DNA of 64,000 nt. It comes from Camelus ferus (taxonomy: Eukaryota). Within the stretch, counting starts at the first letter, position 1, and the number at the start of each line of letters is the position of its first letter. This document shows positions 40,801 to 50,959 of the stretch, piece by piece. The DNA lies in the NCBI RefSeq assembly GCF_009834535.1, contig NC_045696.1:116438001-116502000 (forward strand), written 5' to 3'. The notes under the pieces are model-generated. The model had not been told where the DNA came from and ran no database searches. It was given only the letters and a program-made list of their open reading frames with translations. The translations under genes and the position numbers were made by a program.

Positions 40801-43800
40801 GCCTGCTTTCAAACCAGATGGTTCTTCAAACTGTTCCCAGTTTTGGGGTCCTGCCTTCATCAGCCATTTTCAATGGAGTTCCTGAGGTTTTCATCATCTT
40901 CTAAGATAGTGAGTGGCCAGTGGATCAGTCAGAAAGGGTGCAGGGGCATTCTGCCAGGAATTTTCTTATATGGAATTCCATCTTACTGTTGTTGACATCT
41001 GGAGCAAAGGGGGTGAGTCCTTTAAGACAACGGCTTTCGAACAGTTTTCTGAGAAACTGTCTTTCATACTTTGTCCAGAGTTCTGCCCTTTTTTGGGGGT
41101 GGGGGGAGGTGCAGGGAGGGGATCAGAGGATCTGGAACACTGGGCCTGAGCACTTTCACCACGACGACTGGCAGGAGCTGAGGGAGGCTTGCTGACGTCA
41201 GACGGCATGTCTTTGCTGGTTGACCACCCCAGTCTGATACTGGGGCACCATCTGCCTTTGTGACCAGAGCTTGGCCTTCCCCAGCACCTTGAGTTCCTCT
41301 AGTGCTGGAAAGACCACAGCGCCCTCTAGTGCTTGCTGTGTGCTTACCAGCTCTGTGAAAAAGATGCCAGGAATTAATTCACTCCTAAACTTGAGAACTG
41401 ACTCAGCAAAACAAATCTGCAAAAGTGGACAGAATCTTACAATCTTAGTTCCACCTCAGGGTTTCCTTTTATACACTGATTTGAAGGGCGTCATTTACAC
41501 GATGGATTCCTGCGCTCACAGCGAGTTCTCACCGCCTCTCCAAATGTTGCAATCCATGGGGCTCCCCGCACTGGGATTGGGTATGTTTGGAATTTACAAT
41601 TCCAGAGATATCTTCTCTTATCCCTCCCCGGGGCACAGTCCTGGAACAACTCTTGTAATCCTGTAGTTCAAGTGAAACGTGAAAATAAGCTTTAATTTTA
41701 AAAAGGAGGAAATTAAAAAAAAAAAATAGATTCTCTGTTTTCATTTGGTCTTTCATATTTAGAACCTTTATTCCAGACTGAAGTGAACAGAGTGGTGAAC
41801 AGAAACATCAGACCTTGTTCAAATTTCCTGGTGTATGACGTTGTCCGTTGTCCTGAACTTGGGTTTCCACAGTGGGTGCTGGTGTCAGCGGAGGGTTCAT
41901 ACCAGTCCGGCCTCCGTTTCCACCAGCAAGAAGAGACTAGTTGGGAAAACTTGTCTTGTTACAGAGCAGCGAGTATCAGGTAGTAACTTCTTCCTATATA
42001 TATATTTTCTCCTTTCCCTCTGCTTAAAGGTAGAAAGTCAGATTGTGCAAACCCTGCTGAGGCTAATGTAGAAGAATCTGAACCAGCTCTCCTGATAAAA
42101 TCTGAAGATATTGTCTTCAAAGAACCAGGGAGCTCAGAAAAGACTGTCCGGACACTTCTGAGGCCAAGCGATAAAGTTTCTAATCACTACAAGACAACCT
42201 CTTCGGAGATCAGCGCAGTGGTAGGAGCTGTTCCTTCTACTTGTGAGTATGTCCCATTATTTGCTGAGTTTTAAAAAGGATCAGCAAACACAGAAGGAGA
42301 GTGTCCCTCTGTCTGTCCTTGCATTGTCCCCAGCCTCTCTTAGACTCCAAGTTTCTCCAAGCCCACGGCCTTTCATTCAATTCTGTATTCTAAGCACCCG
42401 GGGGGGGTCGGGTCTCAAGAAATGTGGGCTGAATTGAACAATTGTTAATGGTGACCCAAGTGAAATGATTCTCTCTGTGTTAATGAAACTGAAATAGCAT
42501 AGCTCAGAGCTCAGAACACTGAATTACACTGTCATAATTCAGACCTCATCAAGGGTTAGGAGACTTTTAAACCAAGTGATTCTTAGCTCCAAACAGATCT
42601 GCCTTCCAATACTTGAAGAGCTCTTGAGAGACGATCCCTTACATCCTCATTCCCTGTCTGTTCCCCGTCTGCTAGGGGTGTCATAACAAGTACCACACAC
42701 TGGATGGCTAATCAACAGAAACTGATCATCTCAAGGCGGCTAGAAGTCCAAGCTCAAGGAGTCGCAGGGTGGCTTCCTAATGAGGGCTGTGAGGGGGCAT
42801 CTGTCCCTGGCCCTCTCCTGGCTTCTGGGGGTTGCCTGGCAGGCTCTGGCACTACTTGACTTCTGTGCCCGGATCTCTGCCTTCACCTTCACATGGTGTT
42901 CTCCTGTGCGAGTGTCTGCGTCCCCATGTCCCTCTTTGATAAGGACTCCAGTCACACTGGATTAAAGGTCCACCCTACTCCAGTAAGGCCTCTTCTTAAC
43001 TTAATTACATGTGCAATGACCCTGTCTGCAAATAAGGTCACATTCTGAGCTACTAGGAGTTAGGACTTCAACCTATGAGTCTGGGGAGGATACAGTTCAA
43101 CCCATAACACCCCACATCTCAATATCAAGCATGACGAATATTGTTATTTAGAAAGACTCTTTTATGTTGGTCAAGATCATTTTCTTGGACTAAGGACATG
43201 ATTAAGGATTTATAGATTTTTCTTAACTGGATTTTATAGACACGCTATACATTCTGTGCAATGAGGTCTTGCTATTCACTTTGGAATAGTGCTGTCCAAT
43301 AGAAATATAATTGGTGTCACATGTAGTTTTAAAATTTTAGTAGCCACATTAAGAAAAAGAAATAGGTGAGATTAATTCTAATAGTATATATGTAATAAAT
43401 ATATATATATCTCCAAAATGTTATCATTTCAACAAGTACTCCATATAAAATGATTAATTAAATATTTCACATTCTCTTTTGGGTACTGAATCTTTGAAGT
43501 TGTGTATTTTATGCTCACAGCACACCTGAATTGGCACTAGCCCTAATTCACGTGCTCAACAGCCACCTGTGGCTGGTAGCTGTTTTATCTAGAATGTCTG
43601 TTTTCCTCCCCGTCGGTGTCCCAGGTCATCCCATCTATGGCATCCCAACCATTCGGTCCGATATCCCTGCCCCCCGAATTCGCCGCATCAGTGACAGAAC
43701 TAATTATGGCGAAGATGGAAATGCCTATTCATTACTACACCCTACCATCTTCAGCCAGAAGGGAGTGTTTGAAAGAGACTTCTTCAAGACCAGATCAAAG

Positions 43801-46306
43801 AAAGAGGTACAGCATTGTTATTTCCAAAGGGTTGAAAGAAAGGCCAACTTCACCCAAACAAAGTTGGAAATGTTTGTCAACAATGATTTAATTTTAAACT
43901 TCAAAAACCTTGAGCTTTGATATCACAGAAGTCAATAGAGGTTTGTTTATTTATTTTTAATGGAGGTACTGGGGATTGAACCAGGACCTCGTGCATCCTA
44001 AGCATGGGCTCTACCACTGAGCTGTGCCCTCCTCCCTTGGTATAATTCTTGAAGCAGAATTTACTCTGGTAAGAAGCATCACACTCATGTCATATAATCA
44101 CTAAGACCTATGTATAAGAGGAAAAGTGTTTTCCTAAGGCATTCAGCACTATGCTCAGTTGAGAACAAGCAAAGAGGACCAACCCCAACCTTGTGTAAGT
44201 ATCCTTATGGTTGTGGGTCTCCAAAACCAGAGAGGAGGCATGAGGAGGGCCCACTCTATCATCCTCCTCGTGTGCTGCTAGCATACGTCTCAGACTCTCT
44301 GCAACAAGCACTGACTGAAAACCTTCCGTCCTGTTGCCACATCGCATGTTAGCCTGCATATCTTGTCTGTTCACTCAGAAATGTGGTCCTTATATCCCAG
44401 GTGATTGTCTAACTAGGTTGGTTATAAAGCAGGAGCGGCATGGTAGGTCAGGATGGCCACTGGGGTCCTGAGGGCTGCAGAGTAACAGCAGGGTTTGGTC
44501 AGACCAGTCTGTCTAGATCTGCCATGTGGAGAGCAGGGTATGATGGAGGGAGCAATGGCTTCTTTGAACTTTCAAATCCAAAGCTAGAAATTACATGAAT
44601 AGATACATGATGTTTTCTGGGACTTCAGATGAAGGGTTGATACCTTGAAAACTTGCAGATTTAGTCACAGATTCACCCCAAAGATTATTCCCACTGAACT
44701 CAGGGAGAGAGGACGACGCCTGCTGGCTGCCCCCAAAGCAAGAACCCAGGACCCCCTGCTGGGGTCAGAGCAGAGCCCTTTGCAGACTGCATTTTCTCTT
44801 CCTTCAATCACTCTAAAGGGCCTATGAAGCAGGGCTTCACGGCTGCCAAAAGAAACAAAAATTTCCTGCTTGTTTCCTGATGCCTAAAATTCTTTTAACT
44901 AGGAAGGCATCCTTTTTCTCACAGTTCTACGGAGAAAGTGAGACCCCAGAGGCCTGGCTGGAGTATTAACATTATTTTGAGAAGAGATGGGTTTCTGAAA
45001 AAGTGTTAGCTAATCAATACCTGAGTCTGGAATGCTGGATTAGGGTAGAATGCCCCCCGAGGTGTGGGAGGGGAGGCAGGGGAGACGGTCTGGGATGCCT
45101 GAGACCGACTCGGACCACGTGGTGGGTTCACACTGCAGGGACGTTCTTTACCTGCCACTGTGTGCAGGAAACTAGCGACTACACCCAAGGACGGCACTTC
45201 AGCATCTCAAGTGTATCTGATTATACTGTTAATTTCCCACAAGGCATATCCTATCCCGGGCATCTTTTAACTGTTGCGATTCTATTTTATAGATGTATTC
45301 TGCAACTATCTAACTTTTTGGCTTTCCTATCACTGTCTAACTTTTCTATTTCCTTCTTTTCTTTCTTCCTGTGTGGTTCATAGTAAATGTTTTTCCTCAT
45401 TAAAATTTTTTTTTCAAATCTTTTATTCCCTCTACTCATGCTCATATTTCTTCCCACTACTTGGTTTTATCTTTCCTTTCTCAAATTTTCCCTGGGACAT
45501 AAAAAGCATGTCCCCCCGCCCCTTGACCCTTTTAATAATTACCACTGTGGGGAGATTATTAATAAGCCAAGTTCAGTCTACTCAGATTTTCGTCTGCTTC
45601 CTTGCTCACGCATGCACTCTCTCTCTGACATTTGCACACCCACAACTATAGTTAAAGTTTGCAACAGGCCAGCTACAGACATTTTACAAATGTTCTTATT
45701 TTGAAGAAGCAGAGACGACATGCAGGGGGTTTAGAGAACGCACTTGAGAGGTGACTGGGTTGGAACCCAAACCCAGCAAGTCCTCCATCTGTAACTCTTC
45801 CACTCTTTCTCCTTGAATTTGGCTGCTTCCCTTTAAAAGATAACCAGAAATACTTAGAGTTGAAAGTAATTTTATACATAGGCTAGTATAGATGAACACC
45901 ATCATATTCATTCATATTAACAAAATGATTCCTAAACTGAAAGTACTGGAATTTTGATATCTGCTTACCATATGTAGTAAGTGCACACACACACACACAC
46001 ACACATCCACACACCTTTTTTTGGGGGGGGGGGATAAATGTTCATATTCTTAGATATTATAAAGATAGTCAAAAAATACAAACTTAAAAACCTATAAATA
46101 TTGGTCTGACTTCCAAAGTTTTTTTTCTCTAGATTGCCGAGATACTATGTAACATTGGGGTCAAGCTTTCTGACGACGAATTTGAAAATGTATGGAATCT
46201 TGCATCAAAAAAACATCACAGAGGAGAAGTTTGTGTTGAGAACATCAGAAATGTTCTGGATGAGCTACTGCATGCAGACCGGACCAAGTGCAAAACAGCC
46301 ACGTGA
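2188..46306 (+). CDS. EFHB: EF-hand domain-containing family member B (CFAP21), 13 coding exons; about 828 aa if the +1 base in exon 3 is removed, truncated at about 308 aa as the sequence reads
   Basis: Exons joined manually: 2188-2961, 18722-18784, 19246-19390, 20109-20289, 22728-22838, 23809-23938, 28459-28542, 29147-29214, 33041-33195, 39178-39385, 42030-42242, 43625-43806, 46133-46306. All introns are GT..AG with matching phases. The translation matches recalled EFHB ([69 protein letters not shown]). Total 2488 nt = 3n+1, because of exon 3. Confidence 0.95.
5135..5820 (-). mobile_element. L1 3' fragment (end of ORF2 plus 3' UTR) containing a (TA)n tract
   Basis: Minus-strand [16 protein letters not shown]...[14 protein letters not shown] is the L1 ORF2 C-terminus; T-rich left end. 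Confidence 0.85.
5227..5268. repeat. (TA)n microsatellite
   Basis: About 20 perfect TA units. Confidence 0.95.
6785..7612 (-). mobile_element. Relatively young L1 3' fragment
   Basis: ORF 7129..7659 contains the L1 ORF2 cysteine-rich C-terminus ([19 protein letters not shown]...[16 protein letters not shown]) without interruption; internal poly-T at about 7094-7130. Confidence 0.9.
9685..9950 (+). mobile_element. L1 3' UTR tail fragment inserted in older L1M-type sequence
   Basis: gggataaattaggag...tgtatagcacagggaact...ctgtacacctgaaactaac motif shared with other L1 tails in the window. Confidence 0.7.
12600..13084 (+). mobile_element. Solo ERV LTR (ERV1-like)
   Basis: TG...CA termini, AATAAA at 13035-13040, near-matching 4-bp TSD ttgg/atgg. 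Confidence 0.7.
13154..13695 (-). mobile_element. Solo LTR, MER34/MER39-like (ERV1)
   Basis: Minus strand begins TGAAGGGGAGCAGAATTTGCCACCCAAAATATGCC, resembling the recalled MER34/39 5' end. Confidence 0.65.
14065..14475 (+). mobile_element. L1 3' fragment
   Basis: [23 protein letters not shown]2 end followed by 3' UTR and A-rich tail. Confidence 0.8.
14580..17385 (+). mobile_element. 5'-truncated L1 (ORF2 RT to C-terminus, 3' UTR, A tail), frameshifted
   Basis: ORF fragments [54 protein letters not shown] (RT catalytic DD motif), [19 protein letters not shown]. Confidence 0.95.
18722..18784 (+). CDS. EFHB: EFHB exon 2 ([21 protein letters not shown])
   Basis: Acceptor ttttcccttag, 63 nt open frame, donor GTGAGT at 18785. 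Confidence 0.93.
19246..19390 (+). CDS. EFHB: EFHB exon 3 with +1 frameshift ([25 protein letters not shown] / [23 protein letters not shown])
   Basis: Acceptor tttgtag, donor GTAACT at 19391, length 145 nt. The two conserved halves lie in different frames, separated by one extra A at about 19321. Confidence 0.88.
20109..20289 (+). CDS. EFHB: EFHB exon 4 ([16 protein letters not shown]...FGTAVVR)
   Basis: Acceptor ttctttag, 181 nt, donor GTAGTG at 20290, phase 1; overlaps ORF 20118..20501. Confidence 0.92.
20660..20751 (-). mobile_element. tRNA-derived SINE (Vic-1-like)
   Basis: Reverse complement of GGGGAGGGTA..AGCTCAGTGGTAGAGC..GCTTAGCAT..GAGGTCCTGGGTTCAATCCCCAGTACCTCC; poly-T; diverged TSD cataagtcttaac/cataactgttaac. 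Confidence 0.85.
22345..22680 (+). mobile_element. Tandem L1 3' UTR tails just upstream of exon 5
   Basis: tatagcacagggaactatattcaatatc and repeated ctgtacacc...acattgtaa...acttcaat(A)n ends. Confidence 0.7.
22728..22838 (+). CDS. EFHB: EFHB exon 5 ([13 protein letters not shown]...VSHNDYYV)
   Basis: Acceptor ttccttcag, 111 nt, donor GTAAGT at 22839. Confidence 0.93.
23809..23938 (+). CDS. EFHB: EFHB exon 6 ([28 protein letters not shown]...WLQELQ)
   Basis: Acceptor tttttcacag, 130 nt, donor GTAAGT at 23939. Confidence 0.93.
24225..24495 (-). mobile_element. L1 3' UTR fragment
   Basis: Reverse complement of the same L1 tail motif. Confidence 0.7.
24843..25296 (+). mobile_element. MaLR LTR (MLT1C/D-like)
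   Basis: Characteristic ctaattcccagaacctatgaatgttatc...gggtctttgcaaatg...aagccacatgtttgtggtaatttgttctagcaaccacaggaaa. Confidence 0.75.
25884..25940 (+). mobile_element. 57-bp L1 terminal fragment with perfect 14-bp TSD
   Basis: AAAAGTAAACCCAG at 25870-25883 and 25941-25954 flanks acacaacattataaaatgactataactcaataaaaaaa, which resembles the L1 3' terminus at about 6800-6845. Confidence 0.8.
26696..26743. repeat. (TG)n microsatellite
   Basis: More than 20 perfect TG units. Confidence 0.95.
28197..28340 (-). mobile_element. tRNA-derived SINE (Vic-1-like) with 12-bp TSD
   Basis: TSD AAACTGGAATTA at 28185-28196 and 28341-28352; tRNA-like head. Confidence 0.85.
28459..28542 (+). CDS. EFHB: EFHB exon 7 ([27 protein letters not shown])
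   Basis: Acceptor tcttacag, 84 nt, donor GTAAGT at 28543. Confidence 0.93.
28822..28888. repeat. Compound (CT)n(AT)n microsatellite
   Basis: Visible directly in the sequence. Confidence 0.95.
29147..29214 (+). CDS. EFHB: EFHB exon 8 ([22 protein letters not shown])
   Basis: Acceptor ttctttgatag, 68 nt, donor GTAAGT at 29215. Confidence 0.93.
29525..29700. mobile_element. MER5-like hAT-Charlie DNA transposon remnant
   Basis: ccaccccagatctactgaatctgaaactgcgttttaacaa...gagaaagcactg motif. Confidence 0.65.
31705..31990 (+). mobile_element. L1 3' UTR fragment with A tail
   Basis: Same L1 tail motif as the other copies. Confidence 0.8.
32286..32345. repeat. Imperfect (TG)n microsatellite
   Basis: Visible directly in the sequence. 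Confidence 0.9.
33041..33195 (+). CDS. EFHB: EFHB exon 9 ([20 protein letters not shown]...AAFRHYDK), start of EF-hand 1
   Basis: Acceptor ccctcaatag, 155 nt, donor GTGAGT at 33196. Confidence 0.93.
33450..34060. mobile_element. MER5-like element split by nested L1 tail insertions
   Basis: MER5-like halves at 33450-33575 and 33997-34058; duplicated CAATTGTG flanks L1 tails in both orientations. Confidence 0.7.
35980..36950 (-). mobile_element. Decayed class III (ERVL-like) endogenous retrovirus pol remnant: RNase H plus integrase
   Basis: Minus-strand translations across frameshifts, in the expected order: [25 protein letters not shown] (RNase H); WIHGGTGHG...CQTCDSC (HHCC); [35 protein letters not shown] (integrase core). 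Confidence 0.8.
38830..38920 (+). mobile_element. tRNA-derived SINE (Vic-1-like)
   Basis: GGGAGGGTATAGCTCACTGGTAGAGCATGTGCTTAGCATGCACGAGGTCCTGGGTTCAATCCCCAGTACCTCCA with A and B boxes. Confidence 0.85.
39178..39385 (+). CDS. EFHB: EFHB exon 10, EF-hand pair (loop 1 [12 protein letters not shown] split by intron 9; loop 2 [12 protein letters not shown])
   Basis: Poly-T tract plus caacag acceptor, 208 nt, donor GTATTT at 39386; canonical 12-residue EF loops ending in E. Confidence 0.95.
41319..41332 (-). promoter_or_regulatory. Candidate CTCF site in intron 10
   Basis: Reverse complement GCACTAGAGGGCGC matches core CCASYAGRKGGCRS at 13/14. Confidence 0.5.
42030..42242 (+). CDS. EFHB: EFHB exon 11 ([15 protein letters not shown]...VGAVPST)
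   Basis: Pyrimidine tract plus aaag acceptor, 213 nt, donor GTGAGT at 42243. Confidence 0.92.
42655..43109 (-). mobile_element. MaLR LTR (MLT1B/C-like)
   Basis: cataacaagtaccacacactgg...ctagaagtccaag...aaataaggtcacattctgag...acagttcaacccataaca. Confidence 0.75.
43288..43590. mobile_element. MER3/MER33-like hAT DNA transposon
   Basis: agtgctgtccaatagaaatataa...tagccacatt...agccacctgtggctggtagct. Confidence 0.65.
43625..43806 (+). CDS. EFHB: EFHB exon 12 ([31 protein letters not shown]...KTRSKKE)
   Basis: Acceptor gtcccag, 182 nt, donor GTACAG at 43807. Confidence 0.93.
43941..44036 (-). mobile_element. tRNA-derived SINE (Vic-1-like)
   Basis: aatggaggtactggggattgaaccaggacctcgtgcatcctaagcatgggctctaccactgagct. 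Confidence 0.85.
46133..46306 (+). CDS. EFHB: EFHB last coding exon 13 ([21 protein letters not shown]...KCKTAT*)
   Basis: Acceptor ttttctctag, 58 codons ending TGA at 46304-46306. Confidence 0.93.
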   Translation: MAEILCNIGVKLSDDEFENVWNLASKKHHRGEVCVENIRNVLDELLHADRTKCKTAT

Positions 46307-46484
46307 CCTTTTTGGAGTTCTTGCATTTACACAAAACAAATCCATGTTCATCTAAAATGTTCAGTTCATTCTGGTTTTCGATATTATGTTATAATTCAGC
46401 AATCACCATGGGAGGGCTCATATGCCTGGATGGTTTGCTAAAAAATTATAGATTTTGGATTTTAAAATTTATTTTATTGTTTCC

Positions 46485-46490
46485 TATAAA
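46485..46490 (+). other. Candidate variant poly(A) signal TATAAA for EFHB
   Basis: About 180 nt after the stop, preceded by a U-rich tract; no AATAAA seen until 48227. Confidence 0.35.
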
Positions 46491-47739
46491 ACACCAAAGA
46501 AGTTGACAACTTGGCGCTTGGAGTTAGCCTTTAACCTCACCAAAGGCACAGTTCAGAATGCTACTAGAAGTTTGTAATGTTCCGTATGCTTAAGAATTCC
46601 ACGCATTTTAGTTCGCTGCCTGAAATTCAAAGTCTGGCTTGTGATATCAGGTTCACAAAATTTTGCCTTCAATACTTTGTCATGTTTCTCTTTAGGTGTC
46701 ACTGTGACACAGCGTACGTTTGAAGGGCTTTTTAGTCTATCATCCTCTGAGGAAAACGGATTTAATCACAAGGAGCGGAGTTTAGAGAGCAGAAACTGGA
46801 GTTCCAACAACGACGTAATTGCCAGTAGCTTTTAACATCCTTCTGTGGCCAGAAAAGCATATTTCCTTGTAGTGTCTGAAGAGGACACAGCTGCCCACGC
46901 CGTTAGATGGAGCTCTCGAGAGTTATTAGTAGCAAACTGTGCTGCATCATTCCTTCTCTCTAGCCCTGGCTCTTTGATAAACAAATGTGATGCCCGGGCC
47001 AGGATGAGATGGGGACAGTTGGGGGGGGGTGACCCCAACCCCATGTCTTCTGTGTAACGAAGAGGACCAGTGTGGGTTGAATCCATGACCAAAGCTTTCT
47101 CAGTAATATCACATGATTAACTGAATGATCAATAACATTTATCTTACCAGTATTTCTCTGTGATAGACCTTGACCTTTTGTTTGTTTGTTTTTTTGTCTA
47201 TTACTATAAGAAATTACTCTTTAACTTAGATATTGGGTTATGCCGTAGTCTATTACTTAAAAGAAAAAAATAACTACGGTTTAAAAAATTGCTTTACTCA
47301 AACCCTAGAAAAAATTTATAATCTATTTATCTTATAGGTAATTTATATTAAAAATTTTAACTTTTTATTATGCAATGATTCCAGACTTACAGAAGATTTG
47401 CACAATTAGCACAAAGAATTATGCAGGGGTAGGTTGAAGGCTACTCTTGCTGTCCACTCAGGTCAACTGTGGGCCTTTCTTCCCAGCACTGCATCCGTGA
47501 CCCCACACTGGTGGTCTGAGACCATCAGTCAATAGATGGATGGTTTGAAACCAGTTGTAGTGGGAGTATGTACACTAAGGAAACCAACAAATGCTACAGA
47601 TTAAGGATCCCCCCTCCCCAAAGAGCCAGTTGTTAAACATTTACAAGCACATCTACATCTATACCTCCATCTATCTATCTATCCATCCATCCATCCATCC
47701 CTCCATCCATCCACATCATCTGTCTATTCATCCATCTAT

Positions 47740-48191
47740 TGACAAGGACAGGCTCCTTGACCAAACTTTGGTTAGGCTCTTTAGAACGCTCTTCTCACTC
47801 AGCCCCTGACCTTGGGCTTCTGTCTGTCCTTCCTGGGCTTGCACTGCCCACTTAGAGCAAGAATCTCGCTATGTCATTCTGCACAGGCTCCTCCCACTGA
47901 TGACACCTCACTACCCTCCATAGCCAATCAAATTCCTCATCCCTCATCTTGGATGTATCAAATGTTGGCCTGCTTTTATCAAGAACTACTGTTACATAAG
48001 CTTAGGAGCATTCCTCCTACCCTTGATGTCTCTGCTTAATAATTTTCCATCCAGCGACCTCCCTTGGCTACCAATCCCCTTTCCCCTTGTTGTACTAAAA
48101 AATGAGCCCAGTTCTGTACCAAGGTCTTGTTCCCCCTATTGCATCTGTCTTTCGCTGTTTTAACAAATGTCCAGATCTGTCTTCTTTAACG
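47740..48191 (+). mobile_element. Solo LTR, MER31-like (ERV1)
   Basis: Starts TGACAAGGACAGGCTCCTTGACCAAACTTT and ends TTCTTTAACG; near-TSD ctat/ccat; flanked by (ATCC)n. Confidence 0.7.
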
Positions 48192-48216
48192 CCATCCATC
48201 CGTCCATCCATCTATC

Positions 48217-48753
48217 TGTAACAATGAATAAAGGAAAACCTCCTTCAAAATGGACTCAGGAAGCTCTGAAGGGGGAACGCTCATGAACATCCCGCTCTTT
48301 GCAGCTTGCCTCGCATGCCCCAGCAGGAAGAAGGGAGGTTTTCTCCTTGCCCAGCAACAACCCAGCCAATGAGAAGTTGCCACAACTGTGAACTCTCACT
48401 CTCCTCCAATGAAATTTTGCTCAAAACAGTCCCTCCCAACTTTCTCCTTTTCCTCTATAGATGAACGTTCTTCTCTTGTATTCTCTAGACTTGCCTAAGG
48501 TTTGCCATAGTTTGCATGTCCAGAATTAAAATTCCTCTCCCATTGCCAAATAAACATGATTTTGCTGGATAAATTGCTTACCTTTTTGGGGGGGGAGGGG
48601 AAAGGTAATTTTATATACACCCATACACACACATATACATATTTAATGGGGTACTGGGGATTGAACCCAGGACCCTGTGCATGCTAAGCAGGCACTCTAC
48701 CACTGAGCTATACTCTTCCTCTCTGCATTGCTTTTTTGTTTTAAATGTTAACA
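48217..48753 (+). mobile_element. Solo LTR interrupted by a SINE
   Basis: TGTAACA...GTTAACA termini, perfect 4-bp TSD TATC, AATAAA at about 48549. Confidence 0.7.
48584..48722 (-). mobile_element. tRNA-derived SINE (Vic-1-like) nested in LTR
   Basis: gtactggggattgaacccaggaccctgtgcatgctaagcaggcactctaccactgagctatac. Confidence 0.85.
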
Positions 48754-50619
48754 TATCCATCCATTCATTTATCCTTCCATCCACCTACTCACCCACTCAC
48801 ATATGTGTACATGACTTTATTTCTAAATACTATGGTTTATGTTTCCTGAAAACATGGACATTCTGTTACCCAATCACAGTGCAATTTTCAATACCAAGAA
48901 ACTGTCATTACTGTAGCATTATTATCTGATCTATAGACTTTATGCAAATCTCTCCAATAATCCTTTATATTGAAAAATACTCTTCTTGACCTAGGTAGGA
49001 TCCAATTTACAAACACAGGCTGCATTTAGGTGTCATGTCTCTTTAGTTTCCATTAATCTGAAACAATTTTTCTGTCTTTAAGCTTCATGACTGTGGATGC
49101 CGTCCAAGCCTCAAGGGCCTGAACTGTGTATGGGCGCTGCTACACCACAGCCTGTTGTCAGTACTTCTTTGTGAGGGGGTCTGTTCAATGCTGTTCCCAC
49201 GAGCTGCTTCCATTGCTTTCTGCATTGGAATTACTTACGATTCAGAAACCTACCTCCTGTGAAGGCTTTTTCCTTCAATGAATTAAACAGTCTAGAGTCA
49301 CGGGGTATATGGTGGGGGTGACCCTTGAGCCACATGAGTCCAGGTGAGGCTGATGGAGGGTGGCTTTGGGACCAGGGACCTGGTGACGCCTATCTGCGTA
49401 AGCCCTGTTTAAAAGCTCTTTCCAAGCTCTGTGGCAAAAAGGCATCTGAATGACTTAACCATTTAAAAGTTTCATCTCCTAATGCCTAAAAGGTTTATGT
49501 ACGTGGAAAGACTCTTTTCCAGGACTGAATCCTTGCCTTAGCGGCTGCTTACTGGGTCTTGGCAATCTGCCATAAGCTGAGGTCACTGCCACTAACAAGC
49601 AGACTCATGTTCTAACTGAAATGCAGTCAAGGAGCAGCAGGCTGCACCCTGCGGCCATCTCTGCTGGTTACAGAAGCCTGGCTGAGCACACCTCCCCAGC
49701 TTGTGGTGTCACCAAGGCCTCCTTATGGCTTTATAATAAAGTCCCCCCCCCCCCCAACATCTGAGCAATTGGAAACTTTCTAGTGTATCTGCAGTTAAGG
49801 CCAGCATCTCTGCTGTTTGCTTGATGCCATTTGCATACATGGTCCTGTGACTGAAGAAGCAGCCTTTAGCCTGTGAATCATGCAGGGCTCAGCAGAGAGC
49901 GAGCGGCCCGCCTGTGAACCCAGCTGTGTTGCCCCACACAGACTCCTGGAGTCAAACAGCTGCTTTTTGTTACAATGACACCCTTTTCCTAAGCTGTATT
50001 GCATCAGATGTGGGGTGCTGGCTTCTTGATTCCCATCGCAGGAACCACAGTCCCTAGGATGACACAGTCTGCAGGACCTTGTGCTTTACTAAGTCTGACT
50101 GCAGAGAGTTACAAGGCTTAGCAATTTTGGTTCATCAATCAGATCCCTTCTGAGGAGCAAATTGGGAGCATTAGACATGAAAAATGAATCTGTCATTCAC
50201 TGCATCTGTGACTTTGGGAAAGACACCTAACCTTACGAAGCTGTGCTGTGTTCTTACTGACAAAGAAGCAACAAGGGCCTCCTTCTCAGCTTGTAAGGTG
50301 GTTTCGATGGTTATGGAGATAGCAGGCAGTTGAGTACCTTGCACCGTTTTAGCTCAGAAAATATCAGAAGGCCTAGAATAGGTCATAGCTCATCCCACCC
50401 ACTTGTAAGTACCCCCTTGTTCTTCATCAATTAGTATAATCATCACGTTGACCTCTTGACTTTGCCCTCAGCCCCACGATTCTTACTTTTCTTAACTAGG
50501 TGTCCATTGTTGATTTTGGCAGATTTGACAATCCCCACTGGCTGATTGCTCAGGTCATTCAGAATACCCATCATGGCCTGCCTAGCACTTTTCTCTTTGA
50601 GCAGAGCTCCTCATTCTAC

Positions 50620-50706
50620 TTTTTTTCAAATGGAGGTACTGGGGATTAAACCCAGCACCTCACGCATGCTAAGCATGCGCTCTACCACTGAGCTGTACTC
50701 TCCCCA
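50620..50706 (-). mobile_element. tRNA-derived SINE (Vic-1-like)
   Basis: atggaggtactggggattaaacccagcacctcacgcatgctaagcatgcgctctaccactgagct. Confidence 0.85.
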
Positions 50707-50959
50707 TTTTTTTTTTTAAACGTACACACACATAATCTGCTGGGATTCTTATTGTGATTGTAGTGACTCTAAAGATCAATTGGGGAACTGACATTCTGAT
50801 AATGTTTTGACTTCCACGCAATAAATATGGTACATCCATGCATTTATTTAGCCTTTCCTCATCTCAGTAAATGCTCTTTAGTTTCCATGTTGAGATATTA
50901 GATTTATTTCTATATATTTTTTGTTTTCTAGGTTGTGATCAATTGTATCACTTCTTAAA

